A stretch of 64,000 nucleotides of DNA, taken from Paraspadella gotoi (lineage: Eukaryota > Animalia > Chaetognatha). The DNA is taken from contig CM119270.1 in the NCBI GenBank assembly GCA_051294375.1, positions 18,895,272 through 18,959,271 on the forward strand, written 5' to 3'. Below, in pieces: positions 22,106-33,994 of the stretch; the first letter of the stretch is position 1, and each line of letters starts with the position of its first letter. The position numbers and the translations under genes were made by a program. The notes under the pieces were generated by a model. That model was not told where the DNA came from, did no database searches, and saw only the letters and a list, made by a program, of their open reading frames with translations.

Positions 22106-22711
22106 AAGATTTAAAGGAACAATTCGTAAAAAAATGGGTTCGGAGATAAAAAAAATCAGTAAAAAACAAAACCAATTCAAAAAAATAAAACAAAAGAAAA
22201 CAAAAGAAAGCGCAAATTTTTATAATTTTAGAATCCAAGTTGTTTGTTTGTTTGTTTATTTTTCCTTTGTTTAAACGAGGACAGAAACGGTGTTTCGTCT
22301 TTCCGAGTGAATCCCGCGATTTTTCTTTGTTTATCACCGACTTCGCTTTCGGGTTCGTTGGCGCCTTTTTTCCGCTTCGTCGCGTCCGAGTTTCGAAGCA
22401 GAGAGTTGAAAGAAGCGACGGACGCTGTGGTCCTCGCTGTGGTCGCCGAAGATGCGATATTGTGGTCGCTGTCGACGCTGTGGTCCTCGAAGATGCGTGG
22501 TTGCGGACGCTGTGGTGTTTTTAAAATGAGCGGGGTCGCGCTTGGGACGAAAAAATGTTGATATATTTTGAAGGGGAATTGTGGATAAAATCTCATTTTA
22601 AAAGCGGAGAAGCTAAAATCGTAAAATCGTAAAATCGTGAAAGTTATATTGAATTTTGAGATGCTAAGCAAATATGAGAATTTTGGTTTCATAACGGAAA
22701 CTTTTAGTGCT

Positions 22712-22816
22712 GAGGTTGCGAGATATTTGCAATTTCCCCTCGACCTGAGGTAGCAAGATATCTGCAATTTCCCTTCGACCTGAGGTTGCGAGATATTTGT
22801 AATTTCCCCTCGACCC
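22712..22816 (+). repeat. Three tandem ~35-bp units (tgaggttgcgagatatttgcaatttcccctcgacc)
   Basis: gagatatttgcaatttcccctcgacctgagg, aagatatctgcaatttcccttcgacctgagg and gagatatttgtaatttcccctcgacc follow one another. Confidence 0.75.
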
Positions 22817-23022
22817 GCTTCTTTAGCCATTTGTATCTTTTTTTCTTTTCATTATACTTTTTTCCTTAGCTTAGGTTTTTTTTGTGGTCCACTTATTATA
22901 GCGAGAGACAAAAACAAAAGGTTTTTTTTTAGGTCAACAATATTTATTGTCGACGAAAACAAAAGCAACTTTAGCTTTAAGAGCAAAACAACAAGAGTGG
23001 GTGAAGAAGTATCGTTTGGGCG

Positions 23023-23104
<82 letters not shown>

Positions 23105-23297
23105 TAAAGTGTTGATTTTAGAGGCGGCGAACCGCGAAGGAGTAATGGAATTTTTATGATGCAAAAAGAGTTTTGGGCGCGAAGGCGAAAGGCGACGTCG
23201 AGGGCGCAAATTTTTGAAGGTCGACCCAAGGAAAGATGTGGGCGGGACGAAGAAAAGTGGACGAACAACTGAACAACCATCACAACAGTAAGTCAGA

Positions 23298-23341
23298 TTA
23301 GATAGATGGATAGATAGATACATAGATAGATAGATAGATAC

Positions 23342-23404
<63 letters not shown>
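23298..23404. repeat. (GATA)n tetranucleotide microsatellite
   Basis: Read directly. A (TATC)n tract also occurs at ~56131-56214. Confidence 0.95.
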
Positions 23405-23405
<1 letters not shown>

Positions 23406-23877
23406 AAATTGAATTTTAAAGTTTCTGTTTTTCTGTCTCTTTCAAAACGAAAATTGCTGTAACTAAAAGCAAAAAAAAATATACAAAAAAACTTTGTAAA
23501 TCTAAACTATTAAATCTGACGCGAAGCTTAATACATTATCAAGATTGTCGTACCCCACCCACGACTTCTGCCCATCAAAGGTCTAATGTTCCTCAGCGAC
23601 CCGAATTCGACCCGCGAAGGATTTCTCTCTTCGAGTTCGAGTCAAAATGGTTCCAAGTTTTGCGCCGCTATGGTTTTCTTTCTATGGTGCATCGAGTGTC
23701 GCACCATAAGGAGTTCAAAGCGAAGGAGGTTTCGAGGAGTGGGAGGCACCGAGGGGGGGATTTGAAGGATGATGAGGAGGATATGAAGTGGACGAGGTGG
23801 TGGAGGGTGGACGTCAGGGTGGTGGAGTGGTGATGTGGTCGGTTGAGGCCAGGAGAATGGGAAAAAAGCCAAGAATC

Positions 23878-23964
<87 letters not shown>

Positions 23965-26385
23965 AAATTCCGGTCACGCCGTGGGATCCAAAGTCCTCGA
24001 GATCGCCCAAGCGAAATCATCACAACCGTCAGTCGAGGTTCTTATGACAACTGAGTTCGTGACATCCGCTGCGTTCACAGGAATCACGTGAATGGATTAA
24101 GTGAAGTGAATGGGTGAATGACGAATAAACAATTGAACCGGGAAGGCGTCAGGGGGAGGCGGGGGGGAGAGTTTTTTTAATTAATTTTATTGTTTCGTTT
24201 TGGAATTTTGAATTTAGAAAAGCAAATAGAAACGAAAAGAAGAAAAGGAAAGAAAAGAAAAGAAAAGAAAAGAGAAGAGAAGAAGGTAAACGATACAAAT
24301 CTAAGGACGAAAGTTCTCAATTATTTTCAATAAAATTGGTTAATATTTTTCAGGAGATTTGAATAGATTGAAATTGTAATAAAGCAAAATATTCCTGGTT
24401 CTATTTTTAGTAAATTTATAATCGAGCAAAGACTTTGTGGAAAAGACGAACGAGGTGAGTCGATACGAGCGATAGAAAAAATCGAAGCGGATTTTCCCCC
24501 AAAAAAAGATTTTTGACGAGAAATCGTCTCTTATTTTTAGTTTTACATTTTCGTCAATTTTGTAAATTTATAGATGACTAAAACGATTAAAATGAACGAA
24601 AACTTTTTATCGTAATCGAAAATATTATGTTCTTCGTGAGTAATTAATTTAGTTTTTATCATCATCCAAAAAAAAAGAAAAAGAAAAAAATAAGTCGGAG
24701 AGCGTAAACGCAAAAAAAATTCCGTCGAAGAAGAAAAAAAATAAGACGGAATGCGCGATTCTCGTGGCATCGCGAATGCGAGGGGGAAGAGGAAGAGGAG
24801 AAAGGGGAGGAGGAGGAGGAGGAGGACGAGACTTTGCGCCTCGAGGAATCTCCTTGGGTTCAGAAATCGACCGTCGGAAGAAAGAGAGAAAGAAAATAGC
24901 GGAGGAATTTAGAAGAAAAGAAAAAAAAAGAAGAATTTTTGAAATGGAGGAATTGAAAAGAATCGGAGGAAAATGGAGGAAAATGGAAAAAGAAAGAAAG
25001 AAAATAATTACGGCGGGTGAAAGGAATTCGAATACTTTTTACTGTGGAAAAGAAGCTTAAAGTTTGAGGGAGAAAAAAAAATGGAAAAAAAGAGAAAGTT
25101 TTTTAAAAAAAATTTTAATGGAAGAAAGTCGAAAGATGCGTCAATTAAGGAATCCATTCTTTTCTTAAAATCGATCACCAATAAAAAAAAAAACTTTGGC
25201 AATGAGTTCTCTCTCTTCCTCTGTCTCTGCCTCCATCTCTTAGAGTCTCTTAGAGTCAAAATCCTATTTTTAGAGAAGAAAAACCACAATTGGAAGAAAT
25301 ACAATTCTCACGACTTTTCAACTGTAATCGAAGAAATCAGCAACGGTTCTGCTTAATGTTCCCTGATTAGCCTTCTCCGACATATGCTCTGCATCTGTCC
25401 CGCATCTGTCCGGCATCTACCCGCCAATTCGTTCGAGTCAACGGACGCCTTCGGCCTTTTGTTTACTCTTTCGCCCTCCTTCGGGTCACGTGATCGGATT
25501 ACAACGAAGAAATCTCCGTCTAGAACAGAAATCATATTAGATATCGGTAACGTTTTACGACTTAAAAACGATGTTACTAAATCGTAAAAAACTCGTTTCC
25601 GAGAAGCGAATCGCGACCGCGAGAACTACAATCAAATCACGTCTCGGTGGGAAACACGCGTCGGCGAGTGAGAGGCGGCGTTGCGGGGCGGCGTCGCGGC
25701 GTGGCGGGCTGACGGCGGCGCCCGCAATCTCCTCCCCCTGCGGAGATTACCTTACCCACTTCATCTTTCTCTGCAGGAGCCTTTCCTTTCTCGAAGATCA
25801 TTCCCTACTTCATCCTTTAAAGTAAAAGCTTTCTCTTTCTTTTTACAATACTTAATGAAATTGGTACAACAGTAAAATTCATTTCTCTTTCTATATTTTC
25901 TTTCCACAACGACATAAATTATCTCAATTTCTTCATTTTTCTTTCATTTCTTTTTTCCCCCTTCCACATCCCTACATTCTTCCATCTCTCACTCAATTCC
26001 TCNNNNNNNNNNNNNNNNNNNNNNNNNNNNNNNNNNNNNNNNNNNNNNNNNNNNNNNNNNNNNNNNNNNNNNNNNNNNNNNNNNNNNNNNNNNNNNNNNN
26101 NNNNNNNNNNNNNNNNNNNNNNNNNNNNNNNNNNNNNNNNNNNNNNNNNNNNNNNNNNNNNNNNNNNNNNNNNNNNNNNNNNNNNNNNNNNNNNNNNNNN
26201 NNNNNNNNNNNNNNNNNNNNNNNNNNNNNNNNNNNNNNNNNNNNNNNNNNNNNNNNNNNNNNNNNNNNNNNNNNNNNNNNNNNNNNNNNNNNNNNNNNNN
26301 NNNNNNNNNNNNNNNNNNNTTCGATTCTTCCATTTCGTCCGACGGATTTTTATGGAATTTGATTGAGAAACCGGCGTTGTAGTCA

Positions 26386-26422
<37 letters not shown>

Positions 26423-26585
26423 CTCATCTTCGTCCCGGATCGAAATTGTCAAGAGTACATCGTCATTGTCAGAATAATGTCAGCGTGCCTGGTCAAAGTC
26501 AATGTACATTATAATTTGTAATTTATAATTAAATCGTTATTTCCGTTTGTCATCATCGTATGAAAACCAACCATCTATCTCCTAG

Positions 26586-26923
26586 TCATCGTCGTCATCG
26601 TCATCGTCGTCATCATCGTCGTCATCGTCGTCTTCGTCGTCATCATCGTCGTCGTCTTCGTCATCGTCGTCTTCGTCGGCGTCGAATTTCGCATTTTATT
26701 CGCGTTTCTCTTCGGACGCGAACGAGGAGCGACTAACGTCATCTGTCACATTTGATGGAGTTTCCAGTTGGAAACAGATTGCAAGAGGTAAATATGGTGG
26801 CTCTCTCTCTCTCTCTCTCCATACTCTCCGATTTCTTTTTTATGGCTTGTTCGTGTTTTCTAATGCGCTCTCTCTCTCTGCTTCTCTCTTCTCTTCTCTC
26901 TCTCTCTCGTCTCTCATCTCTCT

Positions 26924-26960
<37 letters not shown>

Positions 26961-28406
26961 ATATTTTTTATGTCTGTGGGTCCGTCTCTAAAAACTTGGT
27001 TCTGCCAGAAAGAAAAGTAGCCGCAAATGTCTCTCTCTCTCTCTCTCACTTTCTCTCTCTGTTTATCTCTCTCCCCCTCCTTTCTCCTTTGAATCAAATT
27101 ACTATTTTTAAGTAGGGAAATAAAATTATGCCGACGGATTTTTTCCCAAAAATTTACTACATTGGCACGTGTTAAACATTAGGCTGAAATCGTCCACGCG
27201 GAATTCGTATCCCGACTGCAAATTGAGTAATGACTGTTTGCATCATACGCGATGTTGGGTGATGCCTGTTTGCATCTTATGCGACAACAAAGGATAAAAA
27301 AAAGATCTGACGGCGTAATGAAGACGAGAGACGATGTACGAACAAAAGCGGACGGGGAATAATTGATATGCGGACCGCATTGACACGGACTTGAAATGAA
27401 AGGAACGAGAAAGGGGAGAAAGGGAATAAGGAAGAGAGGATAAGAAAGGGGAAGGAGAAATTAAAAGGAAAGTGGGGAGAAAGAAAATAGAAATAATAAC
27501 GGAATGAAGGGAAGGTATCGGATGTAAACCATTAGCAGCGAGGAAGTTGGTTTTAACTTAAGAGTGAATAAATGAGAGATGAAAGGGAAAAAAGTTGAAA
27601 CAGTATCCATGACTTTATGCAGAAAATTAAAACAATAATTAGGTTAGAATTAAAAAAAAAATAATAATAATAATACGCAAGGAAAAAAACACAAATCAAA
27701 GCAAAAGAAAGGATGTGTAGTTAGTTGTGCTCATAGTCATATATGGAATTTTATAATTTGAAGAAAAACATATTTCGGTTATGGCAGTATTTGAGGGTAT
27801 GGTCATGTGAAATTCAATTTGGACAATTAAAAGACAGTATTTATTATTATTATCTATTTATTTAACATTAACTTTTTACGATATCTATAGGTAGAGGTAT
27901 TATTTTGCGCCCAAGTTTAAAATAAAAACTAGAGAAGCACACTCTTTGTAAATTCGACGACTGAAATGTAAACAAGTAAACATTGAACTTCCCAGAGAAG
28001 CACGCGGGTCGGTTTGCCATAAAATGTTTGACGAAGCTCGCTTGTTTTTAGCGCCCGAGGATCGCGCTCGATAAAAATAGAACTGACAACGATTTTGTTC
28101 TCTTCATTTTTTTCCATCCGTCCATCCGTCCGTTCGTCCAACCAAAAACTGTATAGTAATAATTCCCGAAATTATTTCGAAAATTCGAGAGTCAGGAAAT
28201 AAATAAAATTAAATAATCGCCCAGAAAATAATTTTTTTTAAATAAGCTTAAAAGAATATATCTTTTTAGTTTCATAATTTTTTTTCCCAGCGACGACGCG
28301 AGATAAAAGGAATGTCCCAACTTCTAACTCCGCCGACGACGACAACGACGACAAAATACCAAAGACGAAGTTTCACTCATTTCACTTCTACTTTGGCATC
28401 CATTAA
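26586..28406 (+). CDS. Candidate 3' exons of a small unknown protein or peptide precursor (poly-Ser, RDKR site); 5' end not found
   Basis: Exon 26586-26787 (ctcctag| ... AGAG|gtaaat, ends phase 1) joins in frame to exon 28291-28406 (tttttcccag|CG ... CAT TAA), giving S31-ASNFAFYSRFSSDANEERLTSSVTFDGVSSWKQIAR-ATTRDKR-NVPTSNSADDDNDDKIPKTKFHSFHFYFGIH*. AATAAA at 28488. No homology recognised. Confidence 0.3.
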
Positions 28407-28528
28407 TCATTGCGGTATTTCTTGTCCACCCATTGATATTGTACTATTTTTAGTAAACGAAAATATAAAATTAAAAAAATTATACTAAATAAAAAATTAA
28501 AGCTGCCGGATTTACTCAATTTAAAATC

Positions 28529-30451
28529 ATGTGGAATCGAAAGATTGCGATCAAATGCAGAAGCAAAAGCAACAACAACGAGAACAAAAACAACAATAAC
28601 AAAAACAACAATAACAAAAACAACATAAACAACAACAACACTAGCGTCCTCACTAAGGCTTTTTTCAACCAAACAACGGCGCACGGATTCGAGCGCCTGG
28701 TTTCAACTTCAGGCGCCAGGCGCGCCTTCTGGACGATCGTTTGCTTCTGGTCTTACGTGGGTCTCTTTGGCCTGATTTGCAAAACGACGATGGATTGGAG
28801 AGATGTGAACAACACGGCCATTGATGCCAGAATATTGAGGATGAGCATCGATCACAACGAGGGCACAAGTACTGAATTATACCCGCGGATGGTCGTTTGC
28901 GTTCCAAGTAGCAACTACTCTATGCAAGACCTGCAGGCAATGACGTAACCGCGCAAATGTTACTTTCAATTTTGACCGAACTGAAAATAGAAAATTTGAA
29001 GTTATCATGAAAACTAATAAAAAGGGCCATAAAAATTATTTATATCATAAGAGTAATTATGTATGTATATATTAAAAAATAATATAACTTAAATCTTTTT
29101 CTTGATTTTTAAATTCAGACGATGCTATTTAACAAGCCGGTAAATGGAGAACAATACGTTCCCAAGTTCCAACCGACTCTCTTCACAGCGAGCTACAAAG
29201 TTATACCCGGTGCGCTTTCCGCTTACGGCATTTGCGCTCCAGTGGAAGGAGCTGGAATCCAGATCTACTGGGGCGCCGTGCAGGAGCTAATTCTTTACTT
29301 TCGCTTAACAAAGGAGCAGGAAACGCCTTTGGAGAGCAACGCTGGATATCTGTTGCGGCGTCCTGAAGAAAACAATGTCATTCAGATGCAAGTCATTGGT
29401 GCAAGAAGATTTCTCATCGAGGGGAGTTTGTTCCGAGTAAAACTTTAATGATTGTAATCATACAGTAGATTTTACTTTGACTGATTTTCTAATGGGAGGG
29501 CATCTTATATTAATATTATTTTTGTTTTTGTTTTAGACTTCGGGATATACAAATGAGTATCCTCCAGGATTCAAAAATGAGACATCCATTTACGATCACT
29601 ACCACTGCAACGACCTTTGTTTTGCACGGGAGGTCAAACGAAAGAATTCCAGTTGCGACCCTTGGCCAGCGAGACAATTGCAAATGGTTTGGAAAAAGGA
29701 TTGGTGGAAAAGGATGGAAGCAGATTGTATGATAAATGACCGATATTATCCATTGCCTTCCTATTGCTTATGCAATAAAAAACGTATATATGAATTGGAT
29801 GAATGCGTGAAAAGTAAGAAAAGTCAATAACAAAAATATGTCTAGGAATTACTTAGCTCTTGAGTTTAGTTTATTAGTTGTCATTACTATTCTTTCATTC
29901 AGCCGAAATATGAGCTATTCAGTTTCAAAAATTAATAACCATGACTAAATTCACAACTGTTTGTCAAATTAATATAAGTATTTTTGGAACTTGTTAAAGT
30001 TTCAGCACAAATCATTTTAAAACATCTAAAAATTTAATCTTATATCTCTTCAGAACTGGAACATAAGAGAATTTCAGATTCCTGCATGGACGAATGTAAA
30101 CCGTCATCGGTGATCGACCAAATTCGACAAAATCCAATGATTCAAGGGCAAAAATTTCATGATGCCATCTGCAGTCACTACAATTGCCTCAACCAAACCA
30201 AAACGCCGACGACAATGATGACGACGCAGCAAGAAATTGATTTGGAAATGATTATCAAAAAGCCAAAGATGACCGGGCCAGATTGGTTAGCGGCCATTGG
30301 GGGATATTTGGGTCTCTTAGTTGGAGTTTCGATCATTACCATCATTGAAGTCTTGGAATTTTTGGCCGATTTGGTGAGAAGAGCTTTGAAGAGGGCGACT
30401 GGAGAAAAAAATATTTGTGGCGTAAAAATTAAACACTTTGATGTTGCCTAA
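28529..30451 (+). CDS. Divergent DEG/ENaC (amiloride-sensitive sodium channel / ASIC / pickpocket superfamily) subunit, paralogue A, ~461-466 aa
   Basis: Exons 28529-28936 (GC donor), 29119-29421 (or -29436), 29537-29813 and 30054-30451 have consistent phases 0,0,1. Family motifs: pre-TM1 FFNQTTAHGF (HG motif), TM1 RRAFWTIVCFWSYVGLFGLI, YPRMVVC (FPxxTxC-like), YGIC, Cys-rich thumb, and TM2 WLAAIGGYLGLLVGVSIITIIEVLE. Confidence 0.88.
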
Positions 30452-30795
30452 GAAACATTTTCCATCTTTGATTTTGTAATCAACTTTGAGATCCCCTGCT
30501 TGTATGAATGCTATTATTTTAAATATTTTGTAGACACTCTGTAGATATCTGATATTTTCAACATATTTTTGTTATAGTCCATTCTATTTGTTAGGTATTT
30601 TTTTAAGGAATGTCTATTTTTTACTGATTAGCTCGTTTTTATCATGAGATATTTTTGCATATTTTTAAAAGAACATACTTTCATCAAAGACCTCATCTTT
30701 GGTTTCTTTATCCATCAGTTATTGTGGTTTTTCTCTCCTATGTACATTTGATTCTTAGTGAAGGAAGAAAAAATCAGATATATACTTAAAACATT

Positions 30796-32747
30796 ATGCC
30801 AAAAAAAGAAATCATGCCGGAATTGGTTCAAAATTTTGAGGATCAGTTTAAAATGATGGGGCGTCGAAACATCCCATTCCAATTCTCTGGCAAAAACAAC
30901 GAATGCAGCAATACTGATCTTGCTCTCGCCTTTTTCTCTCAAACATCCGCGCACGGCGTCAACCGATTGGTCTCCACTTCAGGCGCCAGGCAAATATTCT
31001 GGACGATCATCTGCCTGGCGTCATATGTGATTCTTTTTGTCCTGATTGGTGAAACCACGATGGATTGGTTAGACGTTAATAACACGGCCATTGATGCCAA
31101 GATGTCAAAGATGAGGTTTGATCACTTTGCCCCAGATGAACATGGTTTTTACCCACGGATGGTCATCTGTGCCCCAAATAGCAATTTCTCTCTGAAAGAT
31201 TTACAGGCAATAATAAAATATAACCTTTTTTTATAAGAGAAGCGATTTAACCTGGTCAGCTTATTTTATACGCTGATATCTTTTGCTACATATTTTAGCT
31301 TCCAAATTTATTTTCTTATGCCTTATCAAATATTCAATTCAGGTCAATCTGTCAATAATACGTAAAAATAAAAGAATATTAAATTATTTTGTATAATATT
31401 TTGTTTCTAATTTTTTTCAAAAAATATATTAATTATTCATTGGTTATACTAGAAATAAAGTTATTAAAATATTGTTATATAAATATTTTTACTTTTAAAC
31501 TTCAGACAATTAGGATACTGGAGCCATTACATGGTGAAGAATTTTTTCCCGAGTTTCGCCCAACTCTATTCACTGCTAGCTACAAAGCTAATCCAGGCGC
31601 GCGCTCTGCGTATGGAATCTGTGCTCCGCTAAACGGAACAGGGAGCCAAATCTACTGGGGTTCAGTACAGGAGCTGAGTATTTACTTTCGCTTGACAATG
31701 GAGCAGGAAACTCCACTGGAGAGCAACGCTGGATACCTGCTGAAGCGTCCTAAAAAGCACAATGTCATTCAGATGCAAATTATAGGCGCCAGAAGAATTC
31801 ACATTAAGGTGAGTGTGTTTTGAGTTGGAATTTATAAAACAATATTCTTAGCTGAAAAAGGTTAAACACCTCAAACAAAATACATCGACCATAACATAGT
31901 TGTAATTATAGATTTTGAGTAACTTAGTTTTCATGTTTAATTTTTTTCCTATTCTTATTTGACCACTTAAGACAGAAGGATATACAAATGATTACCCTCC
32001 CGAAGTGAAAAATGAAACTTCAATCTACGATAGCTACCACTGTCATGATCTCTGCTTCGCTCGTGAAGTCACACTGCGAAATTCCAGTTGCAACTCTTGG
32101 CCAGCAAGGCAATTGCAAATGGTCTGGAAAAAAGATTGGTGGAAATTGATGGATGCAGATTGTGTACCTATCGATGGGGATTTTCCGTTGCCTTCATATT
32201 GCTTATGCAATGATGAACGTTTATTTAATTTGGACGAATGCGTTGAAAGTAAGGAAACAGTTTAAACTTATTGTAATTATTTTTTTAGAGAACTTCATCA
32301 TGGTTTAGTTTGTTTTTGTTTTAGTTATTTTGACTCTGCTTGACAATTATATTTTTTCATAATTATCACTTTTCAGAACTTGAACCTGAAAGAATTTCCG
32401 ACTCCTGCATGAACGAATGTAAACCGGCCGCGATTATTGACCAAATCAGACAAAATCCGCTGAGTTACGAAACCAAATTTCATGAAATCATTTGCCGAAA
32501 ATTTAAATGCTTCAACGATACAGTTTGGCCGACCACAATGATGAGCGCTCAGCAAGAAATCGATTTGGAAGTGATAATTAAAAAGCCAAAGATGAACGGG
32601 TCAGATTGGCTGGCGGCCGTCGGGGGATATCTGGGTCTTTTGGTCGGAGTATCAATCATCACCATCATTGAAGTCTTGGAATTTGTGATCCTGTTGTTAA
32701 GAAGGGCGTTCACAAGAGCTTCTGGGGAAAAAGTTTGCGCGGCGTGA
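30796..32747 (+). CDS. Divergent DEG/ENaC subunit, tandem paralogue B, ~453 aa
   Basis: Exons 30796-31206 (GC donor), 31506-31808 (AAG|gtgagt), 31972-32248 (A|gtaagg) and 32377-32747. Internal exon lengths (303 and 277 nt) equal those of paralogue A. Motifs FFSQTSAHGV, YPRMVIC, YGIC and WLAAVGGYLGLLVGVSIITIIEVLE. The start could instead be the ATG-ATG at ~30854. Confidence 0.9.
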
Positions 32748-33338
32748 ATGATTAACCTTTTTTGTCAGTAATGATGACTTCACTTTGACCTTTTTGGTGT
32801 GACAAGATGATATTTTCATATTAAGTAGATTTTTAAATTTTACCTAAGATGTACGGTAAATTTAAAATTTAATTTGTTGTATAAAGATTCGTAAATATTA
32901 CATTTCACACCTGGTCTTTTAAAATTTTTTTAAAAAAAGGAAAAGAAAAGGAAAAATAAGAAATTTTACAAAGGAATTGAAGTTCTGAGAGAAAAAGAAA
33001 AAAAAGAAAAGAAAGAAGAAAAGAAAGAAGCAAAGAAATTGGAGCAAGGCCAGGAAAGGCGTCAGCCGNNNNNNNNNNNNNNNNNNNNNNNNNNNNNNNN
33101 NNNNNNNNNNNNNNNNNNNNNNNNNNNNNNNNNNNNNNNNNNNNNNNNNNNNNNNNNNNNNNNNNNNNNNNNNNNNNNNNNNNNNNNNNNNNNNNNNNNN
33201 NNNNNNNNNNNNNNNNNNNNNNNNNNNNNNNNNNNNNNNNNNNNNNNNNNNNNNNNNNNNNNNNNNNNNNNNNNNNNNNNNNNNNNNNNNNNNNNNNNNN
33301 NNNNNNNNNNNNNNNNNNNNNNNNNNNNNNNNNNNNNN

Positions 33339-33860
33339 TTTAATTTAAACAAACGAAAACTGAAAAAGATGATCGGATTTCTCAAATGTTGGTATTGACG
33401 ACGACGACGACGACGACGACGACGATACTAAGACGAATGACCCGAGACACGATCGACGCCCTCAACGACACGATTCGATTCGATGGACGAATGCCAGCCG
33501 GCCCCTGGGCCCCACCTGGACGACAAGACNNNNNNNNNNNNNNNNNNNNNNNNNCAGGAATGATTGCAACGCCACGGTTGCAGGAAGAAGAGGATAAGAA
33601 ATAAGATGCGCAGTTAAGGATAGAATTAATAAACATTAGATTAGAAGTAAATTTATAAAATATAAATATATTAAGGTTTAATTTAACAACGAAACTGAAA
33701 AAGAAATATGATTTTTCAAAGTTGGTATTGACGACGACGACGGACGATGACGACGACGACGACGATACTAAGACGAATACCCGAGTGGCCCTCGACGACA
33801 CGATTCGATTCGATGACGAATGCGCCGGCCCCTGGCCCACCTGAACGACAAGACCTGACA
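33339..33860 (+). repeat. ~190-bp segment duplicated across a 25-N gap (33339-33529 and ~33680-33854)
   Basis: gttggtattgacgacg..gatactaagacgaat..cgacacgattcgattcgatg..ggcccctgg..cgacaagac appears on both sides of the gap. Confidence 0.8.
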
Positions 33861-33994
33861 CACCTTAAACTGACCCGACCACGCTCTCTACCTTGCTGAT
33901 AATACCCTGCTAAAATTTCGCCTCCCATATTGACAGGGTCCCTTTCTAACTGACAAGCTTCCTTGCCAAGCCTCATAATGCGTCGAGAGGGCCC

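Noticed and set aside
26560-26756. Signal-peptide-like frame (TIYLLVIVVIVIVV...) near ATG 26560
   Set aside because: Needs one frameshift to join the ATG and another to reach the downstream exon; the hydrophobicity comes from the GTC/ATC microsatellite.
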